Assembly (NCBI GenBank): GCA_964645545.1
Contig: CAZXZR010000001.1
Location: 27,526 to 91,525 of the forward strand
From: an uncultured Gammaproteobacteria bacterium
Lineage (GTDB): Bacteria; Patescibacteriota; Patescibacteriia; Patescibacteriales; UBA12465
Direction of reading: 5' to 3'
Length of the DNA stretch: 64,000 nt
Shown here: piece after piece, positions 1 to 8,835 of the stretch
Layout of the letters: the number at the start of each line of letters is the position of its first letter
How positions within the stretch are numbered: the first letter of the stretch is position 1
Notes under the pieces: model-generated
Seen by the model: only the letters and a program-made list of their open reading frames with translations
Told to the model about the DNA's origin: nothing
The model's database searches: none
Made by a program: the position numbers and the translations under genes

Positions 1-1
1 T

Positions 2-589
2 CAGCAAAGTAAAAATTATCTCTTGGAAGAGACGCGTTCTTCAGAAAAACAATTCCAGTCACTCTTGCAGCAGGCGGCCAGGGAACAGCAACAGGCGGAA
101 GCGGACATCGCCGCCACCGAACAATTATTGCGCCAGAAAATGTCGCAGAAAGATCAGAATCTTCTCAATAGCGGCAACAATACCATTGCCTGGCCGGTAC
201 CGAGAAACGTTATTGTCTGCGGCTTCCATGATCCGGATTATCCTTACCGCAACATTATCGGCGAACACCCAGCCGTAGACATCCGGGCCAAACAGGGAAC
301 TACTATTACTGCCGCCGCTGACGGCTATGTAGCTAAAGTTAAATTTGACGGCACGAAAAATTACGCCTACATTATGCTTATCCACGGCAACGGCCTGGCC
401 ACGGTTTACGGCCATGTTTCCGCCGTCTTTGTAAAAACGGACCAATACGTTACCCAAGGCCAACCCATAGGTAAAACCGGCGGCATTCCCGCTTCTATTG
501 GCGCCGGGCTCTTTTCCACCGGCCCGCATTTGCATTTCGAAGTCCGCCTGAACGGCCTGCCGGTCAATCCGCTCAATTATTTACCTTAA
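2..589 (+). CDS. M23 family peptidase (EnvC/MepM-like), 5'-truncated by the window edge
   Basis: Coiled coil followed by M23 motifs HPAVD, YGH and GPHLHFEV; frame open from position 2. Confidence 0.9.
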   Translation, partial: QQSKNYLLEETRSSEKQFQSLLQQAAREQQQAEADIAATEQLLRQKMSQKDQNLLNSGNNTIAWPVPRNVIVCGFHDPDYPYRNIIGEHPAVDIRAKQGTTITAAADGYVAKVKFDGTKNYAYIMLIHGNGLATVYGHVSAVFVKTDQYVTQGQPIGKTGGIPASIGAGLFSTGPHLHFEVRLNGLPVNPLNYLP

Positions 590-648
590 GATATGGGAAA
601 ATATTTTTTTAATCATTAAGTTCATTAAAAAATCCGGAGGGTAGAGCC

Positions 649-825
649 ATGAAAAAGTTAGTAAACGCCGTTAAACGCCATGTTAGGGACTGGATTCGAC
701 GCTTTAAGAGTCCTTATCTCCAACTAGGGTTCGGTTTTCGGGGCTTGTGGTTTATATTCATTTTAGAGCTTATCTTGCTAATAGATGCCCTGAACAAGTC
801 GCCGCATTTTTACTTTTGGTGGTAA
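649..825 (+). CDS. 58-aa small membrane protein (below ORF-track cutoff)
   Basis: GGAGG upstream of ATG 649; MKKLVNAVKRHVRDWIRRF...LWFIFILELILLI...FYFWW*; terminator follows. Confidence 0.6.
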   Translation: MKKLVNAVKRHVRDWIRRFKSPYLQLGFGFRGLWFIFILELILLIDALNKSPHFYFWW

Positions 826-832
826 AGAGATT

Positions 833-864
833 AAAAAAAACCTGAAAAATATTCAGGTTTTTTT
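833..864. terminator. Bidirectional intrinsic terminator
   Basis: A8-CCTGAA-aaata-TTCAGG-T7 between convergent genes. Confidence 0.75.
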
Positions 865-890
865 ACTTATTATTAGCTAAATATTAATAA

Positions 891-1841
891 TCATTCCTTC
901 AAAGGATGGAATTTCTGCTGGGTTTTCCGGGCGTAAAGATCGGAGGCGTGGACGTAACGGGTAGTCGTATCCAAAGACTCGTGGCCCAAGAGTACCTGAA
1001 TGGCGGCCGGATTGGCGCCGGCCTCGGCCAAATAGGTGGCGAAACCGTGGCGCAAGGAATGGGCGGAAACGGGAACATTAATGCCTAAAAGCTCGCGGTA
1101 ACGCTTTATTTTCGCCTGCAAATAATTAGGCGAAATTTTTTTATTCCGGGCCTGCGGGGAATTAAGGCCGCGATAGGGAACAAAGGCGAAAGGGGAGTCA
1201 TCCGCGCGGCCGTCCAGATAGGCGTTCAGGATCTTGAAGGCCCGCGGGGTCAGATAGACGAAGCGCTCTTTCTTGCCCTTGCCGAGGATGAAGATGCGCC
1301 CGCCCTTGTCAATCCGATCCATTTTCAAATTCACCAGTTCGGAAATTCTCATGCCCGTGGAAAACAGGACTTCCAGCATGGCCCGGTTCCTTAGGGCCAC
1401 GCGTCTGTCTTTTTCTATTTTGGAAGGGAACTCGATAAGCTTTATCAACTCGCCCAACTCCGCCACCTGCGGCTTTTTCTTAATGGTTTTAATCATCTTA
1501 ATCACGTCCGGTGGGAGCGGGGCAGGGTAATCCATTTCAATCAAGTACTTGAAATAGCTCCGCAGGACCGAAAGCATGCGGTTGATGGAATAGGCGTTCA
1601 AGCGTTTAAGGCCCGGGTGCCGGGCGGCCGTCTGGCGGTCAATGGAGGTCAAAAAGGCTTTATAGTGCAAAATGTCGCGTTTATTCAGGCGGCTAAAGGT
1701 AATTTTGACCTCGCCTAAAAAGTCGGCGAAGACTTTGAGATCGCGTTCATAATTATAAATTGTTTCCGGTGAATAATTATTAACCTTTAAATTCAAGAGG
1801 AAATCTTCTGAGAGGGGCAGGGACGGGGCTTGAGAAGGCAT
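891..1841 (-). CDS. Xer-family tyrosine recombinase
   Basis: N-terminal SAM-like domain; catalytic R (TGMRISE), K (GKGKKER), HSLRH, LGHES, TTRY. Confidence 0.93.
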   Translation of the reverse strand: MPSQAPSLPLSEDFLLNLKVNNYSPETIYNYERDLKVFADFLGEVKITFSRLNKRDILHYKAFLTSIDRQTAARHPGLKRLNAYSINRMLSVLRSYFKYLIEMDYPAPLPPDVIKMIKTIKKKPQVAELGELIKLIEFPSKIEKDRRVALRNRAMLEVLFSTGMRISELVNLKMDRIDKGGRIFILGKGKKERFVYLTPRAFKILNAYLDGRADDSPFAFVPYRGLNSPQARNKKISPNYLQAKIKRYRELLGINVPVSAHSLRHGFATYLAEAGANPAAIQVLLGHESLDTTTRYVHASDLYARKTQQKFHPLKE

Positions 1842-1872
1842 AAATTTATTATTCCGCCCTGAAAAGGCTTTG

Positions 1873-1912
1873 GTTATAAGTGAGTATAATATCTCTTACA
1901 CTCCATTATAAC
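1873..1912. promoter_or_regulatory. dif-like recombination/operator site
   Basis: GTTATAAGTGAGTATAA-TATCTC-TTACACTCCATTATAAC: 17-bp inverted arms (14/17 match) around a 6-bp spacer, just upstream of xer. Confidence 0.6.
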
Positions 1913-1932
1913 ACACCTAAAAAGCCTGTCAA
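1905..1932 (-). promoter_or_regulatory. sigma70-type promoter of xer
   Basis: TTGACA-N16-TATAAT with extended TG on the minus strand. Confidence 0.7.
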
Positions 1933-1944
1933 ACCCCTTTAATG

Positions 1945-1971
1945 AAAAAGGAGCGTCTTTTAGGACGCTCC
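1945..1971 (-). terminator. Intrinsic terminator
   Basis: GGAGCGTC-ctaaaa-GACGCTCC-TTTTT on the minus strand. Confidence 0.75.
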
Positions 1972-2023
1972 CCGGACTACTCCTTCCTTTAAAAAATAAG
2001 GTTTGAAAATATAACAGCTCTGA

Positions 2024-2215
2024 TCAAGCGCCCCAGAGGCTCAACTCGCTTAACGCTACGGTTTTTCGCCTTCCTTCCCGCGTAATCGTCACCCGCTTGT
2101 CCGGGCGGCACTGCCGCAGGTCGTAAAACAAGCTGGACCTAAGCGTCAAATTTATTATACTCCAGGGTTCACCGTTAAACGTAACTAAGATGTTATTGAC
2201 TAAGATGTTATTGTT
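2024..2215 (-). pseudogene. Start-less small ORF (63 sense codons)
   Basis: AGGAGG followed by an open frame (NNILVNNILVTFNGEPW...KTVALSELSLWGA*) with no ATG; 15-bp tandem duplication at the expected start. Confidence 0.4.
2184..2213. repeat. Perfect 15-bp tandem duplication
   Basis: ACTAAGATGTTATTG x2. Confidence 0.95.
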
Positions 2216-2305
2216 CCTCCTTCCTTTTTTAAAGTTAAAAATTGTTTAAAAAGAACGGCTCGGCCCGTGATAAGTTCCTCCTTTCCTTGAGGCCGAAAAT
2301 TAAAC

Positions 2306-2446
2306 TTAGCTGATAACCAGGCCCATGATATGGACTTGGGGATAGAACAAAATGATTATCTTTATAATGACCAGGAATAGGCCGATGACGACCAGGCAAA
2401 AGACGATAATCGCCAGGAAGAAAAGGAATTTGAAAAAGCCCTCCAT
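2306..2446 (-). CDS. 46-aa hydrophobic protein (below ORF-track cutoff)
   Basis: MEGFFKFLFFLAIIVFCLVVIGLFLVIIKIIILFYPQVHIMGLVIS*, directly downstream of the ftsQ-like gene. Confidence 0.65.
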   Translation of the reverse strand: MEGFFKFLFFLAIIVFCLVVIGLFLVIIKIIILFYPQVHIMGLVIS

Positions 2447-2467
2447 ATAATTTTAATGATTAAAGCG

Positions 2468-3325
2468 CTAAGGATTGAGCTGGAAAAATACACGGCTGCC
2501 GTAACGCAGGTCGATGTAATTGGTCCTGCTGAAATTATCCTTTATTTTTTCCCTTTTGACAAGGAGGAGATTGTCAAGCTGGCTGGCGGCATCGTCTTGG
2601 CTGTTGAAATAGACCAAGGGACCGCCATTGAATTTGACCTTGACAGCGTTGAATTCCTGGTCGATGAAAAAACGGTCCACGCTCAGTTCCGGATAAGCGC
2701 CCAACCGGTCGTAAAGGCCTAAAATAAAAGCCAGATAATCGCCGTTAAGCTCTAATTTATTCCTCTCACCGATTAAATTAAGGCCGTTTTGATTCTCCAA
2801 AAGCAGATATTTCCTGTCGGGACTAGTGGTCGCTACCGTTGCCTCGAGAATGAGATAGCCGTCACCACTGGCGTAATAAAGATCGCTTCCCTGCTGAAAA
2901 ATGAAAGCGTAGGGCTTTTCGCTGATTTCCACTTCTAGGCTGCGCGGCAGTTTTTTCCTGATTTCCAACTGAGAAAAATTATATTGGTCGAGGATATTGT
3001 TTTGGGCGGCTTCTTTATCAAATAAAAAGATATTGTTTTGCTTAAACAACCAATAACGCCGGCTTTGGCTCTGTTGCCAAATCAAATTCTCTATTTCCAT
3101 CGGCGCCAAGCGTGTTAAACCCTTGATATTAACGGTTTCTAAACGCCAAACCGGCGAAGCCAAAAAAAACCAAAGCAGAACGCCTAAAACTAAAATAATC
3201 ACCAAGGCTAACCATTTAAACCAACGCCGGCTCTTCCCTGCTCTTCGCCGGCCGAAAAAAGGATTGGGCGAATTGCGGCGCTGGTAATCCCGTTTGACTC
3301 TTTTTGAATAAAGATAAAGAGCCAT
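2468..3325 (-). CDS. ftsQ: FtsQ/DivIB-like cell division protein
   Basis: Basic N-terminus, one TM helix, POTRA-like segment (IRKKLPRSLEVEISE), C-terminal YIDLRY. Confidence 0.8.
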   Translation of the reverse strand: MALYLYSKRVKRDYQRRNSPNPFFGRRRAGKSRRWFKWLALVIILVLGVLLWFFLASPVWRLETVNIKGLTRLAPMEIENLIWQQSQSRRYWLFKQNNIFLFDKEAAQNNILDQYNFSQLEIRKKLPRSLEVEISEKPYAFIFQQGSDLYYASGDGYLILEATVATTSPDRKYLLLENQNGLNLIGERNKLELNGDYLAFILGLYDRLGAYPELSVDRFFIDQEFNAVKVKFNGGPLVYFNSQDDAASQLDNLLLVKREKIKDNFSRTNYIDLRYGSRVFFQLNP

Positions 3326-3347
3326 TTTTATTTAATATTAGGTAATT

Positions 3348-4481
3348 TTATACTATCTCTCGTCTAATGTTAGCTTGAAATCTGATTAAAAACTCATAGG
3401 GAATCATGCCTATTTCCGCGGTCAAATTAAGCACGGAATTAACTTGCTCGTTTTGCGCGGAAATTAATTGGACGCTATCTCCGACTTTAGCCGACTGCCA
3501 ATTTAAATCCAAGCAAGTCAGATTCATGCAAATATTGCCGGCCACCCGCGCCCAGAAATCGCCGCCTTGAGCGCGCACCAAGAACTCGGCCCGGTTGGAC
3601 AAACGGCGATCTAAGCCCTCAAAATAGCCGAAAGGAATAACGGCGACGCGCGTCGGTTTTAGAGCGCGATAACCTTCATTATAGGAAACCACTTCCCCGG
3701 CGACCAATTCCTGCAGGCCGACGATATGGGAATAAATTTCCAAAGCCGGCTTCAAGGGCCGATCTTCACTGGCCTTGCCAAAGGGATCATAGCCGTAAAG
3801 AGCCAAACCGGGCCGATAAGCGGTAAAAAGTTTGTTTTTTAAAACAAAGAGGGCGGCAGAATTGCCCAAATGCACCCAGCGCGGGAGAAAACCGGCCGTT
3901 CTTAAGGCGTCCAGAGCCACCAAAAAATTGTTTTCCTGCAATTGGTTGAGAACGAAATTATCCTCGGCGGCGGCCAAATGCGAACACAGGCCGACCACGT
4001 CCAAACGCTTCAAATAGCGCCGGTTGACGGCGATGAAGGCAGCCATATCTTTAATGCCTTCACGGTTCATGCCGGAATTGGCGAAAAGATGGACTTTGGC
4101 GCGTTTGCCAAAACGGGACAAGTGCTTTAAAGTTTCCTCGTTATAGACGACGAATTCCGTCCTTTTAAAACGGCAATAATGATAAGCCCTTAAAGGCATT
4201 TCGCCCAAAATCAAAACCTTGCGCTTAAAATAGTGATAGACAATCTGCGCCTCCGGAAAAGAGTCCACCACCACTAAAGGAGCGTCGGTATGGTTTAAAA
4301 TCAAACAAAGCTCCTTAAGCCCGTGCCCATAAGCGTTGGCTTTTAAAACCGGGAAAATCTCGGCCGTTGGCTGCAGACTCTTTAAATAATTGTAATTGGC
4401 GATGACATTAGCCGCCTTAATTTCAATTTTATTCAGACTGGCGTATTTCGGTTTTATTAATTGGCGCAAAAAATTAAGCAT
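3348..4481 (-). CDS. alr: Alanine racemase
   Basis: VLKANAYGHG PLP-lysine motif, SGMNREG, RPGLALYG, VSY, GNICM. Confidence 0.95.
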   Translation of the reverse strand: MLNFLRQLIKPKYASLNKIEIKAANVIANYNYLKSLQPTAEIFPVLKANAYGHGLKELCLILNHTDAPLVVVDSFPEAQIVYHYFKRKVLILGEMPLRAYHYCRFKRTEFVVYNEETLKHLSRFGKRAKVHLFANSGMNREGIKDMAAFIAVNRRYLKRLDVVGLCSHLAAAEDNFVLNQLQENNFLVALDALRTAGFLPRWVHLGNSAALFVLKNKLFTAYRPGLALYGYDPFGKASEDRPLKPALEIYSHIVGLQELVAGEVVSYNEGYRALKPTRVAVIPFGYFEGLDRRLSNRAEFLVRAQGGDFWARVAGNICMNLTCLDLNWQSAKVGDSVQLISAQNEQVNSVLNLTAEIGMIPYEFLIRFQANIRREIV

Positions 4482-4493
4482 ACAATTTAGCCT

Positions 4494-5543
4494 TTACTCG
4501 CCGACCTGGCCCTGGCCGCGATTAATGCGGTCCGCGTCCAAATTAGTCGTCGGGTTAGCCAGTTCGTCTTCGCTCAATTCACCGCTTAAAGCGTCTTTGG
4601 TTGAGTATTTCGTGTCCGTTAACAAGGGCAAGACTCGGCCGACTTGACTTTTCGTGGGCACTAATTGGATCTCAAAACCGGCGCGGTAATTATCGCCGCC
4701 TTCATTAATCGTCGGCACTTGCCAGATTAATTGGCGCGAAACGGCATTATAGTTAAAAGTGCCGGCCAAAAGCGAGCGTTTACCCGTCAATTCCACGCTC
4801 ACGGGCAATTTGGCGCTCATGACAAAATCCTTAAAATCACCGCTGCTTTTTGCTTCCCAAAAAACCCAGTAATTAGTGGGCAAGCCGACTTCGGGCGGCA
4901 GGGGGCCGGCGCCTAATTGGTCGCCTTGCGGACTGTTATAAAAAAGGCTGGCGGTAACTTCTAAAGTTGCCGCTGTTTGTAGGGTCGGCAAGACCACGGT
5001 TTGCTTCAAAAGCTGGCCGGAAAACATGTATTCCACTTGCGCTTGCCAATTAAGGGCGCGCGCTTCTTTATTGAGCTGGGAAAAATAGACTTTAAAGGCT
5101 ACTTCCCCGCTGCTTCCGGCCGCGATCGGCGGTAAAAGCAGCGTCTGGCCGTTCAGAGAAGCGGTCGTCTTAGCGTCCAACTCCACCTGGCTAAGGGAAA
5201 AATTATTGTCGCTAAGAATGATATTAATTTTGGCCTTAGCCACCGGCCGCTCACCGGCGTTCTTAAAATTTATTTTCACGCTCATCGGCGCCTCGGGCTT
5301 GGCTGTCAAACTGCCTAAAGTGAAATTCAATTGCAAGGGCGGGTTATTCAAATCCACGACCGGCTTTTGACTGGGGCTAAAAAGGTCGCCCAAACCCGGC
5401 CGGTAAGCCCAAAGACCGATTATTACCGCCAAAAGAATAACGATGACTAGCGTCAAGGACAAGTCCAAAACCAAATGCCAGTGGCTTTTCCAGTAAAAGC
5501 GTTCACGTCGGCGTCGCCAGCAGCGACGAATAGCATTAAACAT
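4494..5543 (-). CDS. Membrane-anchored Ig-like protein of unknown function
   Basis: One TM helix, beta-rich body, GAGPLPPEVG..TNYWVFW motif shared with 47611..49608. Confidence 0.75.
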   Translation of the reverse strand: MFNAIRRCWRRRRERFYWKSHWHLVLDLSLTLVIVILLAVIIGLWAYRPGLGDLFSPSQKPVVDLNNPPLQLNFTLGSLTAKPEAPMSVKINFKNAGERPVAKAKINIILSDNNFSLSQVELDAKTTASLNGQTLLLPPIAAGSSGEVAFKVYFSQLNKEARALNWQAQVEYMFSGQLLKQTVVLPTLQTAATLEVTASLFYNSPQGDQLGAGPLPPEVGLPTNYWVFWEAKSSGDFKDFVMSAKLPVSVELTGKRSLLAGTFNYNAVSRQLIWQVPTINEGGDNYRAGFEIQLVPTKSQVGRVLPLLTDTKYSTKDALSGELSEDELANPTTNLDADRINRGQGQVGE

Positions 5544-5565
5544 ATGTTTATAATTAAATTTTATT

Positions 5566-7578
5566 TCAATAGAAATTCTTCAAACCGACCAAGATTTCCT
5601 CGTGGCCATCCGCGTTCATGTCCGCCGCCGTAACCTTAATGCCGCCGTGATAACTCTTATCATAGGCGAAAAAACTGCCTAAAACCCGACCCGCGGCGTC
5701 AAAAACACGCACTTGCGGTCCACCGCCCCGTCCCGGGCCGGTAATGATTTCATCTTGCCCATTGCCATTAAGGTCGCCCACCGTGACGTTAACTCCGCCT
5801 TTAAAATCCTGGCCGTAGGCGAGAAAACTAGTTTTTAAACGGCCGGCTAAAGAGAAAATTTTTATCATAGGTTCTTGGCCGGCGCCCGGAGCGGTAATGA
5901 TTTCGTTTTGACCGTCGCCGTCCACGTCACCTAAAGCGACGCTGACGCCGCCGCGCGAATTTTTGTCATAAGCGAAAAAAGTGCCGCGCCAACGGCCGTC
6001 GGGCGTAAAAATCATCACCTGCGGCCCACCGCCGGCCGAGGGGCCGACGATTATTTGGCGGAAATAACCGTCCTTAGCGGCGGCGGCGATATGCAAAGGA
6101 CCGGAAAACAAAGGGCCATAGGGCTTGAAATCAGAAACTAGTTGATCGTTTCTGTATAAACTTAAATGGCCGTTAGCAACAACTAAATTCACACTGTCGC
6201 CGTTAGCTAAAGTCGTGGAAATCAATTCCGCTTCCCCGGGAAAAGCGCTTAAATAGGAGAAAAAACCATTGGTCGTCTGCTGGCCGTTTAAGGAAAAAAC
6301 GCGGAAAAAATAACCGTTAGTAAAAGCGCTTTCTTTAATTACGGTATTCTTTTTTAACAAGACTACCCCGTCTTGAGGCACCAATTTAACGTAATTGACC
6401 GTTTCGCCGTTGTTAATGCTCGGCGCTTGCTCACCCTTGATTTTTTCCAGCTCTTCTTTATTAAAAATATAGCGTTGTTCCTGATTGGTGGTATTGACAA
6501 GGACAAGGCCGTTTTTAAAATCGCGCCGCCATAAACCGTCGCTAATCGTCTGACTGTTATTAGCCAAGAGATTATAGGCACGGGATGCGGCCAAACCGAG
6601 ATTAACGCTATATTCATCATACCACCACAATTGGCCGTGGTTAGTGATGTCGTAATCAAAACTGAAAAAACCGTCGCCCAAAAGAGCGCTCGTCAGGCCG
6701 AAACGTAAGTGCTGGTAATCGGCTTGATTTTTATCCAGGGCGTTGATAATTGAAGTTGGCGGATAACGATTTAAGTTCGGCAGGTTAAGATAAGTCGTCA
6801 TGGAACTGGTCCAAGTGCCGCCATTTTCCCAGCGGGAAGGAAAATTCTCCAGCATCATGCCGTTCATTAAATCCTGATAGCCGTTATAAACGCGGCCGTT
6901 GCCGACAATGAGAAAATCGTTGCCGACCAAACTTCTGGTTTTACTAAGCATTTTTCTGACGCCAGCAGACCATAAACGGTCAATTTCAGCGGCGCTTTCC
7001 GCCCGGCCGTCGTTATTCAAATCCAAATTGCCGTTATTTACCCAGCTGATATCGCCCCAAATATTATCCAAAAACACGCCGTCCCAAAGCCCGCTTCCCT
7101 TTATTTTCTCGGCGATAAATTCGGGCAAATAATCGTTAAAACGCTGGCCGCGATAATCCAAACTGGCGTCGTCGGTCAAATTTAATAAGGAAGTATAGAG
7201 CCAATTGGAAACTTTATGGCCGTTTTTGTCCTTCAGGTACCAGCCGTCAATTATCTGACTGGCCAAGCTTTGACGCAAATAAGCGCTATTATAGTCATTA
7301 ACGTCGTCTAAAATTTCCTGCGCCGTTAAATAGGCTAAAATAATGACTTGAGGATTGAGCTGACGGATTTTTAAAAGCTGCGGCCGACTATTTTCGGCCA
7401 CCTCCATGTCCAAGACCAATAAATCCCACTGCGCCAATTCTTTCGCTTCTTGATCAGTTATTTCCCATTTTAAAAAATAATTAGCCAAACGCGGATAGCC
7501 GGTCTTTAAAACCGCCGCCCGAAGGCCGAGCGGCCACAACAGAAACATAATTAGAAACAAAGACCAAAAACGCTTCAT
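5566..7578 (-). CDS. Secreted putative glycoside hydrolase with FG-GAP/VCBS repeats
   Basis: Signal peptide; WDGVFLDN, GMMLENF and WRRDF motifs; C-terminal GDVDGDGQNEII / GGGPQV repeats. Confidence 0.75.
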   Translation of the reverse strand: MKRFWSLFLIMFLLWPLGLRAAVLKTGYPRLANYFLKWEITDQEAKELAQWDLLVLDMEVAENSRPQLLKIRQLNPQVIILAYLTAQEILDDVNDYNSAYLRQSLASQIIDGWYLKDKNGHKVSNWLYTSLLNLTDDASLDYRGQRFNDYLPEFIAEKIKGSGLWDGVFLDNIWGDISWVNNGNLDLNNDGRAESAAEIDRLWSAGVRKMLSKTRSLVGNDFLIVGNGRVYNGYQDLMNGMMLENFPSRWENGGTWTSSMTTYLNLPNLNRYPPTSIINALDKNQADYQHLRFGLTSALLGDGFFSFDYDITNHGQLWWYDEYSVNLGLAASRAYNLLANNSQTISDGLWRRDFKNGLVLVNTTNQEQRYIFNKEELEKIKGEQAPSINNGETVNYVKLVPQDGVVLLKKNTVIKESAFTNGYFFRVFSLNGQQTTNGFFSYLSAFPGEAELISTTLANGDSVNLVVANGHLSLYRNDQLVSDFKPYGPLFSGPLHIAAAAKDGYFRQIIVGPSAGGGPQVMIFTPDGRWRGTFFAYDKNSRGGVSVALGDVDGDGQNEIITAPGAGQEPMIKIFSLAGRLKTSFLAYGQDFKGGVNVTVGDLNGNGQDEIITGPGRGGGPQVRVFDAAGRVLGSFFAYDKSYHGGIKVTAADMNADGHEEILVGLKNFY

Positions 7579-8828
7579 GCCGATTTTTTTATGATTTTTA
7601 ATTTTTTCGGCAAATAGGGCCGTAAAACCTTGGGAATTATAACCGAACCATCCGCTTGCTGGTTTTGTTCCAAAATCGCCGGCAAAAGGCGGCTAGTGGC
7701 CAAACCGGAGGCGTTAAGAGTATACACCAATTCGTTTTTGCCCTCCGGGCTTTTATAGCGAATTTGGCCGCGGCGCGCCTGGTAATCCAGAGCGTTGGAA
7801 ACGCTGCTGACTTCTTTATAAACATCCATACTGGGTATGAAGACTTCCAAATCGCAGGTTTTGGCCATGGCGGCGCTGGCGTCGCCGGCGGCCAATTTAC
7901 TCACTTGGTAATGCAAATCCAAACCCTTTAACAAGGCTTGGCTATGAACCATTAACTCGTCAAACATCGCCCAGCTGTCTTCCGGCCGGCAAAGAATAAA
8001 CATTTCTATTTTATTAAACTGATGACCCCTAATCATGCCCCGTTCTTCCTGTCTATAACCGCCGCCTTCGCGCCGAAAACAAGGGGAATAGGCGAAATAT
8101 TTCAAGGGCAGATCTTCGGCTTTTAAAATTTCCTCGCGATGATAATTGCCCAACATCATTTCAGCGGTGGCATTGAGGCAAAGAGAGTTTTGCGTCCAAA
8201 ACAAATCCTCGCGGAATTTGGGCAAATGGCCGGAGACATAAGCTGATTTTTCCGTCAGTAAAAAGGGCGGGATTAAAAATTGATAGCCCTGACGGCGGTG
8301 ATAGTCAATAAAATAAGATAAGAGCGCCCATTCCAAATGCGCCCCCAAACCGCGGTAGCACCAAAAACCGTTACCCGACATCTTCACGGCGCGCTCATAA
8401 TCAATCAGATCCAAACTAGCGGCCAATTCCAAATGATCCTTGGCCAGAAAACGAAAACGTGGCTTTAAGCCGTAAGTGTAAATCACCTCGTTATTCTCCT
8501 TGCCGCCAGCGACAACGTCTTCGGCCGGCAAATTCGGCAGAACCGCCAAACGAACGTTTAACTCGCTTTCTAAAGCCTCTAATTTAAAGTCCATCTTCTT
8601 TAATTTATCGCCCAAGGCTTTCATCTCAACGATCACGGCCGGCGTCGGCTTGGTTTTGGAAGCTAAGTTGCGCCGCGCCTGCGCTTCTTCCACTTGCGCT
8701 CTTAAGGCTCGCCTATCATTATCTAAACTGATAATCTCCGCCAAATTAAAATCCTTAGCCGGCAATCTTTTTAATAAAGCGGCCTGAACGCGCGCCGTGT
8801 CTTCGCGAATTAATTTTATGTCCAACAT
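7575..8828 (-). CDS. serS: Serine--tRNA ligase
   Basis: MLDIKLIR start, CFRREGG, RGHQFNKIE, EVSSVSN, TLNASGLATSR. Confidence 0.97.
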   Translation of the reverse strand: MLDIKLIREDTARVQAALLKRLPAKDFNLAEIISLDNDRRALRAQVEEAQARRNLASKTKPTPAVIVEMKALGDKLKKMDFKLEALESELNVRLAVLPNLPAEDVVAGGKENNEVIYTYGLKPRFRFLAKDHLELAASLDLIDYERAVKMSGNGFWCYRGLGAHLEWALLSYFIDYHRRQGYQFLIPPFLLTEKSAYVSGHLPKFREDLFWTQNSLCLNATAEMMLGNYHREEILKAEDLPLKYFAYSPCFRREGGGYRQEERGMIRGHQFNKIEMFILCRPEDSWAMFDELMVHSQALLKGLDLHYQVSKLAAGDASAAMAKTCDLEVFIPSMDVYKEVSSVSNALDYQARRGQIRYKSPEGKNELVYTLNASGLATSRLLPAILEQNQQADGSVIIPKVLRPYLPKKLKIIKKSA

Positions 8829-8835
8829 AATTTAT

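Noticed and set aside
683-701. tmRNA-like 5' motif CTGGATTCGAC
   Set aside because: Lies inside a small ORF with an RBS; no acceptor stem, T-arm or CCA end.
891-1841. Prophage or island integrase
   Set aside because: Xer-like size and motifs, housekeeping neighbours, no phage genes or att duplication.
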